Shown: piece by piece, positions 20,217 through 28,021 of the stretch | Layout of the letters: each line of letters opens with the position of its first letter | Numbering within the stretch: position 1 is the first letter of the stretch | Source: Candidatus Bathyarchaeota archaeon | GTDB taxonomy: Archaea; Thermoproteota; Bathyarchaeia; Bathyarchaeales; Bathycorpusculaceae | NCBI GenBank assembly: GCA_963702095.1 | Contig: OY969706.1 | Coordinates: forward strand, 800,001-864,000 | Direction: 5' to 3' | DNA length: 64,000 nt | Program-made: the position numbers and the translations under genes | Notes under the pieces: model-generated | Databases searched by the model: none | Seen by the model: the letters and a program-made list of their open reading frames with translations, nothing else | What the model was told of the DNA's origin: nothing

Positions 20217-20525
20217 ATGAACTTAAAACTATACGCTGTCAAGAACAGCAACCAAAAAACCGAGCGCGTCCAACTAGTCGTCGTCGACCTCGACCGCAGC
20301 CATCGCTACCCACTCAACTTCGTCTGTGTCCTGCCACGTTACTTCCGCATCCTAGAGAAACGCAGTAGCAAGTTTGCAAAGCTCTTCGGAGACAGAAGCC
20401 TCCCAACCGCCAAGAAACTCTTAGAGGAAGCCAAGCACCGTGAAGGCGACCCCGAAATCCAAACTGTCATATCGCGGCGCATCAAAGACATCGACGCTAA
20501 AGACCTAAGTCCGCAGCAACTCTAA
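20217..20525 (+). CDS. Hypothetical protein
   Basis: 102 aa, DLD....YP.NFVC.LP motif, purine-rich leader. Confidence 0.7.
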   Translation: MNLKLYAVKNSNQKTERVQLVVVDLDRSHRYPLNFVCVLPRYFRILEKRSSKFAKLFGDRSLPTAKKLLEEAKHREGDPEIQTVISRRIKDIDAKDLSPQQL

Positions 20526-20542
20526 CTTCTCAGCTTTTTTAA

Positions 20543-21751
20543 TTACTTTTGGGCGAGAAGCAGCGTAAGCAAAAACTCGTTCTCCAACAAACCAAAACCG
20601 CCCCCCCTCGCGGAGACCTCGTCGAATTTTTCCACGCCGTCAGGCATCAGCGAAGGCGCAGCTATGGCGAAGGGCACGGGGTCGCGTGTGTGGGTGCGAA
20701 CGTTGACGGGGGTGGGGTGGTCGGGTAAGACGGCGATGGCGTAGGGTTCGTCGAGGGCGTCCATGATTCTGCCTATGCAGCGTCTGTCGAGGTCTTCGAT
20801 GCACTTGACTTTAAGCCTCCAGTCGCCTATGTGCCCCGCTTCGTCGGGCGCTTCCACATGCACAAAGACCAAGTCGTTGGTCTCCAGCGCTTTGATGGCG
20901 GCGTCGGCTTTACCCTCATAGTTGGTATCTGCCAAGCCAGTTGCGCCCGGCACAGAAATGATCTCCATCCCCGCGTAAGTGCCCAAACCCTTCACCAAGT
21001 CCACGGCGGAAATGACTGCAGAATGTACACCAAACTTCTCTTTAAGCGTGGGCATCGACGGTTTTTTGCCGCCGCCCCAAGGCCAAATCAAATTCCCCGG
21101 ACGCTTACCCGCCGCCACTCTGGCGAGGTTAACCGGATGCACCCGCAAAATTTCCCGCGACCCCAAAATCATGCCCCGCAGCAACCCCGCATCCGCCTCG
21201 GCTTCTGGCACCAGCGCTTTTGGCAACACGGCGGCGGTGGGAGCTCCGGCGACGTCGTGGGGTGGACTGCATTTTACCTGTTCAGGGTGGAGGAAGTTGC
21301 GTAGGATCAAGAAGTGGCGGTAGTCGAGTCCGGGGTAAAATTCGATTTGTCCTGGTTTGCCGAAGGCTTGCTGGACTGCGGCTATGAGTTGCGTGGCTTC
21401 GGGGGTGGTTATGTGTCCTGCGGAGTAATCGGCGATTTTGCCCTCTGCCTCGGTTATGATGTTGCAGCGGTAGGCGGTGTCCTCGGCGCTCAATGTGATG
21501 TTGCGTGACGGCGCTTCGAGGGGTCCTCTGCCGGTGCAGTAGACGCGGGGGTCGTAGCTTAGGATGGAGCAGATGGCTACTTCTGAGCCGGGGGTGCATT
21601 GGTCGGGGACGTTTTTGATGAGTCCGCTTCTGCCCTTTGCCGCTATCGCATCCATATATGGTTTGACTGCGGCTTGAAGGGGAGTTCTGTTATCCAATTC
21701 TGCAATGGGGTAATCTGCCATGCCGTCTCCGATGACAAGGACATACTTCAT
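20543..21751 (-). CDS. apgM: Cofactor-independent phosphoglycerate mutase (archaeal type)
   Basis: GDGMAD, TPL, GSEVA, GRGPLEA, HVEAPDEAGH, DHPTP, H..DPVPF. Confidence 0.93.
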   Translation of the reverse strand: MKYVLVIGDGMADYPIAELDNRTPLQAAVKPYMDAIAAKGRSGLIKNVPDQCTPGSEVAICSILSYDPRVYCTGRGPLEAPSRNITLSAEDTAYRCNIITEAEGKIADYSAGHITTPEATQLIAAVQQAFGKPGQIEFYPGLDYRHFLILRNFLHPEQVKCSPPHDVAGAPTAAVLPKALVPEAEADAGLLRGMILGSREILRVHPVNLARVAAGKRPGNLIWPWGGGKKPSMPTLKEKFGVHSAVISAVDLVKGLGTYAGMEIISVPGATGLADTNYEGKADAAIKALETNDLVFVHVEAPDEAGHIGDWRLKVKCIEDLDRRCIGRIMDALDEPYAIAVLPDHPTPVNVRTHTRDPVPFAIAAPSLMPDGVEKFDEVSARGGGFGLLENEFLLTLLLAQK

Positions 21752-21924
21752 GCTCTATCCAACCAGGTTTGGCTCCTATATGCAGCCGCGTATTTAATTA
21801 CTTACTGCTAAGTGCGCTTTTTAATGGAGGGCACCGAATTCACTTTCACCCACCCCTCCCCACCGCAAAAACACCCTACACTCAATCGTTTTAAATACCG
21901 CCAAAGACAATTCAACCTAAAGCT

Positions 21925-23016
21925 GTGAAACCCATGTCAGAAGACACCGACACCCAACCAGAAGAAAATATCGAAATTGAAAACACTGAACCTGTAGAAG
22001 AAAAAAGCGAACTGATGCAACGAATGGAAGAAAACAAGAAAAAATACGAGTTCATAGAAGACCTCCCGGGAGTCGGCCCCGCAACCGCCGCAAAACTCCG
22101 TGAACTAGGCTACCACACCGTCGAATCCTTAGCGATGGCTACAAGCCGCGAACTTGAACCAGTCGGTGTCAGCGAAAAAAAAGCCTTCCAAATCATCGAA
22201 GCCGCCCGATCATCCATCGGCATAGCCTTTATCCGCGCCGACGAACTCTTCAAAATGCGCAAAACCGTCGCCCGCATAACCACAGGCAGCAAAGCACTCG
22301 ACAAAATCCTCGACGGCGGATTAGAAACCCAAACCATAACCGAATTCTACGGCGAATACGGCAGCGGCAAAAGCCAAATGTGCCATCAACTCTGCATCAA
22401 CGTCCAGTTGCCCCGAGAGAGAGGCGGATTAAACGGCGGCGTCCTCTACGTGGACACAGAAAACACGTTCCGCTTAGAACGTATTGTGCAGATGGCAAAA
22501 TTCGCCGGGTTAGATCCAGAGCAAGCCGTCAAAAACATCATTTACGCCGAAGCCTACACAAGCGACCACCAAATGTTTCTGCTTGAGAACGCCGATGAAA
22601 TCATCAAAGCCAACAACATCAAACTCATCATCGTTGACTCCCTCACGGCGCACTTCCGCAGCGAATACATTGGCAGAGAAATGCTTGCGTCACGCCAGCA
22701 GAAACTTAACAAGCACATGCACAAACTCGTCGCCCTCGCACGTGCATTCAACGCTGTGGCAGTGGTCACCAACCAAGTTATGGCGAAGCCGGACCAGTTC
22801 TTCGGCGACGCAATCCACCCCATTGGCGGCAACATAGTGGGACACACAAGCCACACTCGCCTGTACCTACGCCGGGCCTCGCATGGTCCAATCCGCATCG
22901 CAAGGCTGGTTTCAAGTCCATATTTGCCTGAGGGAGAGGAAATCCTTAAAGTCACCGAGAACGGAATAGAAGATGTCTCCGAAGAGGAGAAAGCAACTAA
23001 ACCCCGTGGACGCTAA
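21925..23016 (+). CDS. radA: DNA repair and recombination protein RadA
   Basis: LPGVGP HhH, GEYGSGKSQ, DTENTFR, HFRSEY.GR..LA.RQQ, TNQV. Confidence 0.98.
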   Translation: MKPMSEDTDTQPEENIEIENTEPVEEKSELMQRMEENKKKYEFIEDLPGVGPATAAKLRELGYHTVESLAMATSRELEPVGVSEKKAFQIIEAARSSIGIAFIRADELFKMRKTVARITTGSKALDKILDGGLETQTITEFYGEYGSGKSQMCHQLCINVQLPRERGGLNGGVLYVDTENTFRLERIVQMAKFAGLDPEQAVKNIIYAEAYTSDHQMFLLENADEIIKANNIKLIIVDSLTAHFRSEYIGREMLASRQQKLNKHMHKLVALARAFNAVAVVTNQVMAKPDQFFGDAIHPIGGNIVGHTSHTRLYLRRASHGPIRIARLVSSPYLPEGEEILKVTENGIEDVSEEEKATKPRGR

Positions 23017-23018
23017 AT

Positions 23019-23480
23019 ATGCCGATAGCCCAAGCCTTAGTTACCCGGTACTTTCAGCTCATAGTGAGCAGGCAGTTCGCTGAAGCTGAACGTGAATTAG
23101 AACGTGTTAAACAGAAGATGCAGAAAACCGAGTGGAACAGAGGGTACTTCCGTGCGCTCTACGGCATGTATCTCTCGCGTAAAAACGCCGCCGACGACTA
23201 CGCTTTCTTTTCTAAACTGGATTTAACCGATAAAGTTGCACTAAACACTTACCGCAAAGAATTCCTCGCACATATGGGTAACGGGTTGCATGGGGACTTT
23301 GACCGCGGCTACTTTTCAGCTTGGGCAGACTGCATGCGCATCCTTAGCCGCATGGAGTTACCCGCAGGTCAACCGGCGAAGGCGTCTAATGAAGAAGAAA
23401 AAATTGAGACCCTTCGAAGCGACAAAAGCCAAGCCACAATCGCTAATTTCTTAAAAGAAGCAAACGAAAACAAGGAATAA
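23019..23480 (+). CDS. Hypothetical protein coupled to radA
   Basis: Starts 2 nt after the radA stop; WNRGY..AL.G and FDRGYF.AW internal repeat. Confidence 0.75.
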   Translation: MPIAQALVTRYFQLIVSRQFAEAERELERVKQKMQKTEWNRGYFRALYGMYLSRKNAADDYAFFSKLDLTDKVALNTYRKEFLAHMGNGLHGDFDRGYFSAWADCMRILSRMELPAGQPAKASNEEEKIETLRSDKSQATIANFLKEANENKE

Positions 23481-23485
23481 AAGGT

Positions 23486-23785
23486 CTATACCGCTCCGGT
23501 GAAGACCAAGATTATTGTGTAGAAGAGTACGAAGAAGGCCAGCCAAGAAAAGAAGTACATGCCTATGCCTGTGCTTAGTATCTTGGATTGTTTTTCGATT
23601 TTGGTTTTGTAGACTGATCGGAAGATGTAGTAGGTGACGAAGTAAACCAGCAACGCTACGGTTATGCTGTTTATGAGTGTTGTGTAGTCCATCATGGGCT
23701 GGAGTGTTGCGAAGATGGCTGTTATTACTGCTGCAACAATGCCCATAGCTACTCTTGTCCAGTAAAGTTGTTTGATGGGAGTCAT
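23486..23785 (-). CDS. Three-TM membrane protein, EMC6/Rab5ip-like
   Basis: LYW.R...G..A first helix and GIG.YFF.WL...L.YT last helix resemble EMC6. Confidence 0.6.
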   Translation of the reverse strand: MTPIKQLYWTRVAMGIVAAVITAIFATLQPMMDYTTLINSITVALLVYFVTYYIFRSVYKTKIEKQSKILSTGIGMYFFSWLAFFVLFYTIILVFTGAV

Positions 23786-23939
23786 GTGAACCTAATCCTT
23801 GGGGTTTAATATTTTGTTCTTACTTAAAAAAGATGCTCATATTAATCGTTATTGCCCCCCATAGAGTGGGTGTCTGGGCGGTTTTGAGTGAAAACGGTTA
23901 TTTTATAGGCAAACAACTATAGAAGCCACTGGTGCCTGT

Positions 23940-25994
23940 ATGCCAAAAAAAGACTTCACTAGCTTCGACCTCGCCGCCGCAATCAAAGAACTCCAGCCTA
24001 CAGTGGCTGATAGCCGAGTGAACAACATCTACCAATTCGGCGAAAAAACCCTCATATTCAAACTCCACAGAACCGACATGCCGCCCATACGCCTTGTTGT
24101 TGAAGCAGGCAGAAGACTCCACTTAACCAGTTACGCCGAGGAAAGCCCCGCTGAACCACCACCGTTCTGCATGACCCTGCGCAAGTACCTCCGCGACTCA
24201 TGGCTAAGAACAGTCGTCCAATATGAGTTTGAACGCATAGTCACCCTAACCTTCGAAACCAAAACAGGCTTGCTCCACTTGGTTGTGGAGTTGTTCGGCG
24301 ACGGCAACATGATATTAACTAACGAAAAAGGCACTATCATCCAAGCTATGTACTTCAAGCACATGCGTGACCGAGACATCCAACGCAACCAACCCCTGGT
24401 TTATCCGCCGGCAAGCGGCAGAAACCCCTTCAAAGTAACCGAGCAAGAACTCGAAGAAGGATTGCGCAAGGCGGATGATGCGGAGGTTGTGCGTGTGTTG
24501 GCGCGGTTTCTGGGTTTAGGCGGCGTTTACGCTGAAGAATTGCTGCTTCGGGCAACCGTTGAGAAAATAAAAAAATGTAACGCCCTAACGACTGAGGATG
24601 TTTCAGCGCTCTTTGGTGCCTTGCAAGGATTGCTTTTAGCTGTAGCTGAGACAAAGTTTGAGCCAAGCATCATCCTCGACAACGAAGATGGTTTCGTTGA
24701 TGCGGTGCCCTTCAAACTTAGGCGCTATGAAGGCTGCAAAACCCAGCCGTACCCGACCTTCAACGCCGCACTTGACGAGTTCTATCTGCGGGTAACTGCG
24801 GTGGAGAGGGCAGCGGGCACCGTAGAAGTTGACAAGTTAAAACAGGAAGCAGCGCGGCTCAAACGCATGGTCGCCGACCAAGAGAAATCGATCGCTGAAG
24901 AAGAAAAGAAAACGGCGCGGGACAAGCAAATCGGCGACACCATCTACGCCCATTTCAATGAACTCCAAACTTTTCTGGAGCAACTTCTCAAAGCCAACAC
25001 TCAGGGCTACGATTGGAAGGCGATTGTGGCGCAGGTTATGGCTGCTAAAAAAGCAGGCAAATCCCCCATGTGTTATGTGGAGTCGTTTGATAGTAAAAAC
25101 CTCGCTTTGAACCTAGGTGTGGACGGCTACAATTTCAGTTTGACTCTGCGCAAATCCCTCTTCGACAACGCTAACGAGTACTATGAGAGGGGGAAGCGGG
25201 CGAAAGAGAAATCCCAAGGGGCTTTGGTGGCTTTGGAGGATTCAAAGACGAAACTGGCGCGTGCAGAACGCGAACTCCGCGGGGCGGAAGAGCTCAAAAG
25301 CCTCAAGCCCGCCCAAATCATGGAAGCCCTCTCTAAACGCAAAGAAGAAATGGCCAACCGCGAGTGGTATGAGAAATATCGTTGGTTCACCACCTCCGAC
25401 GGTTTCTTGGTGGTGGCGGGCAAGGACACGGTAAGCAACGAAGTGCTCATCAAAAAAAACACTGCCCAAGAGGACATGGTATTCCACGCTGAAATTACGG
25501 GGTCGCCCTTCGTTGTGATAAAAGCTGAAGGCAGACCCATAAGCGAACAAGCCCTCAAAGAGGCGGCTGAGTACGCGGCGTCTTTTTCGCGTGCTTGGCG
25601 GGAGAACGCGGGTTCAGCGGACGTTTACTGGGTTAAGGTTGACCAACTTAGCAAGAGCGGCCCCAGCGGTGAATCCGTCCCGCACGGCGCCTTTTTTGTG
25701 GTGGGCAAACGTAACTGGTACCAGAATACGCCTTTGCGGGTTGCAATTGGCGTATGTGTGGGGGAGGAAACAGGGTTTGTCGGCGGCCCAATCGACGCAG
25801 TGAAAGCAAAAACCAAAACTTATGTTGTCCTTCAGCCAGGCGACTATCAGGGCAAAGAGTTGCTGCAGATGATTATGCGTACATTAACCGCGAAACTATC
25901 TAAGGAGCAGAGGGAGAAAGCAGGCAAAACCAGCATTGAACAGGTGCGGGAGTACGTGCCCTACACCAAAGGTGCCATAAGCCCCAAAACCTAG
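23940..25994 (+). CDS. rqcH: Ribosome quality control factor Rqc2/RqcH (NFACT family)
   Basis: F.M.LRK.L, ERI, ELFGDGN, NA..YY, WYEKYRWF, GKD..SNE, FHAE..GSP, GAF.V.GKRN. Confidence 0.93.
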   Translation: MPKKDFTSFDLAAAIKELQPTVADSRVNNIYQFGEKTLIFKLHRTDMPPIRLVVEAGRRLHLTSYAEESPAEPPPFCMTLRKYLRDSWLRTVVQYEFERIVTLTFETKTGLLHLVVELFGDGNMILTNEKGTIIQAMYFKHMRDRDIQRNQPLVYPPASGRNPFKVTEQELEEGLRKADDAEVVRVLARFLGLGGVYAEELLLRATVEKIKKCNALTTEDVSALFGALQGLLLAVAETKFEPSIILDNEDGFVDAVPFKLRRYEGCKTQPYPTFNAALDEFYLRVTAVERAAGTVEVDKLKQEAARLKRMVADQEKSIAEEEKKTARDKQIGDTIYAHFNELQTFLEQLLKANTQGYDWKAIVAQVMAAKKAGKSPMCYVESFDSKNLALNLGVDGYNFSLTLRKSLFDNANEYYERGKRAKEKSQGALVALEDSKTKLARAERELRGAEELKSLKPAQIMEALSKRKEEMANREWYEKYRWFTTSDGFLVVAGKDTVSNEVLIKKNTAQEDMVFHAEITGSPFVVIKAEGRPISEQALKEAAEYAASFSRAWRENAGSADVYWVKVDQLSKSGPSGESVPHGAFFVVGKRNWYQNTPLRVAIGVCVGEETGFVGGPIDAVKAKTKTYVVLQPGDYQGKELLQMIMRTLTAKLSKEQREKAGKTSIEQVREYVPYTKGAISPKT

Positions 25995-26011
25995 TTTAAA
26001 AGTGCTTCTAG

Positions 26012-26945
26012 TTAGTTGTGAGGTTTAGCGTCTACTCGTTTCTGATGTATTACTATCAGGGCAATTACTATTAATGCGCTGACACCAACGCCTGTTAAAA
26101 CCGCTGGCAACTCAATTTTTTGAGCCTCTTGCTGTGATGTAGAGGGTGTAGCTACTGTGAAGTTTATGGTCTGTGCAGCGCCAATGTTTCCTACTTCATC
26201 AACCGCATAAACAATGATGCTGTGCGCTCCGTTCGATAAACCTGTCAGTGTTTGATTCTCTGTGGCAGATACGTTTGCTTGCCCGTCAAGACTGTAGGAA
26301 AACGTGCATCGCGGCTTGTTAGCTGAAAAGTTGAGGTTTTCGTCGGAGGTGTTGTATGTTGCCGTTGAGGGAGAAGATACTGTGATTGTAGGCGGTATAG
26401 AATCGATTTTGAAGTTGACCGTGGAGAAGGTGGCGCCTACGAAATTACCGTATGAAATGTAATTTTGTTCTTCCTGTATCCAAACCATGATGTAATGTAA
26501 CCCTTGGGTTTAGATTAGCGATTGATGCGCTACATACCCAGACACAATCCGCTTTCTGCGTTATAGTGATGTTTACGTTACTGCTTGCGATGAAGCCTGC
26601 CCTATTTGGGTTCCAATGTTCTAAATCAATATCTCTGCTAGACATTATGTCATAGTCTAGGTAGCAGCCGTACCTGAAGAAGGGCTGAAAAAGTGCTACA
26701 GGGGCAGCTTCAAGCGGCGGCACAGTACTGTTGATTTCAATTGTTACTTTGATGTCGTCAGCGTTGTAGACCTTGTTTTGAGGCGATATTATCGTGACTG
26801 TTTGTGAGGGTTTCCCTTCAACGGTTGTCTTGGCACCTGTGTTTTGGGCTTGAACTGCTAGGTTTTGTTCGTTTTGGGCAAGCAGAATCCAAAGGGAGAG
26901 TAGTAGCGCTACTGTTAAGGTGAGATGTTTGACCGTTTTGTGCAT
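26012..26945 (-). CDS. Secreted Ig-like protein with C-terminal TM anchor; split by a frameshift near 26510
   Basis: Signal peptide, I.SP.N..Y, YSLDG..N, L..G.H.I.VYA.D..GN; TM + basic tail. Confidence 0.75.
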
Positions 26946-27087
26946 GGTTACTTTGGGTTTGTTTTTGCAATTTAATGCTTCTCGTCAAGGTTTCTTGACT
27001 AAACAACTTTTTGATAGTAAGTGTTCTTGGCGCTTTGCTTTGCCGTAGCCTCCCAATCCCCCTATTTACTAGTCGATTAAATTTTGG

Positions 27088-27232
27088 GTTTTTCGTTTTT
27101 CTATTGTTAGAAGAAGAGCGCTTCGCCCTTGCTCATCATCTTCTTGGGGGCTTGGCAGGCGGCTGTGTTTTGTGTTCTACAGTGGATATGGGTTGCTGGC
27201 TGGTTGTGGAATAAACCTCAAGCAGAACAGAA
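27088..27232 (+). repeat. Dispersed repeat family B, copy 2 (hairpin sequence swapped)
   Basis: GGCGGCTG...TGGGTTGCTGGCTGGTTGTGG...AAGCAGAACA matches copy 3; hairpin reads GAAGAAGAG...CTCATCATCTTC. Confidence 0.7.
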
Positions 27233-27379
27233 GAACCCTTTGCTCTATTAAAGTGGCAAACTGTGCAAATTTATGGCATATGTACTGAAATAGAAATATT
27301 TCCGTGGGGGAACAAGCCATTAAATAACTTCCACAGTATAGGTTGACTTGAGAAAGGATAGGAAAGGAGAAGGCTAGCC

Positions 27380-27955
27380 GTGCAACCTGCAATCGAGTAC
27401 ATAGAGGAACAAATCCGACAGTACGCTCAGGACTTTCTGCGAAGCGAATATGGAGAACAGGCTATAGAAAAAATCGCTCCAATCCGAATATGTGCCGTCG
27501 ACGCCTATGACACCGGCGGAGTATCCGAAGCATCGGAAACAGATGTTAAAGTCGCTGTAAAACGAGATGTCAACGCAGGCAAACTAACCCCTACTACAAA
27601 GCTGATTCTCCGCCATGAATTGGGGCACATCCTAGAAAATTCGATGTCTTATGGCGAGTTCGACGAAGAAATCGAACATGAAAAGCAAGCGTGGGATAAA
27701 GCTAAACCGAAAAACGCCGCCGAAAAATGGTACAGAAACATCTCTATTAGAACGCATCTTGACCCTTTGAAGATGAAGGCAATAGGGTTCCCTACACCTG
27801 AGACGAAACTGTCGCCTCAGCAGCTTCGGATGGGCACGGTTTTGGAGGTTGAGCGGATGAAGAAGGGCAGCGTCTGGGTGGATGAATTGTTGGCGATGCG
27901 GTATGCGATGGCAAACCTCGTCGAAAACCCCCATTACTACGACGGCACCCCCTAA
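27380..27955 (+). CDS. Hypothetical zincin-like metalloprotein
   Basis: LRHELGHIL (HExxH) with downstream E..AW. Confidence 0.65.
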   Translation: MQPAIEYIEEQIRQYAQDFLRSEYGEQAIEKIAPIRICAVDAYDTGGVSEASETDVKVAVKRDVNAGKLTPTTKLILRHELGHILENSMSYGEFDEEIEHEKQAWDKAKPKNAAEKWYRNISIRTHLDPLKMKAIGFPTPETKLSPQQLRMGTVLEVERMKKGSVWVDELLAMRYAMANLVENPHYYDGTP

Positions 27956-28021
27956 TCAGGCGTTTTATGCTGGTTTTTGGCTAAAGGGTTAAAGCATCCC
28001 TGCATCGGATAAATAGAGCAG

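Noticed and set aside
27105-27145. C/D box sRNA (ATGATGA on the minus strand)
   Set aside because: No CTGA D box at a suitable distance; better explained as the hairpin of repeat B copy 2.
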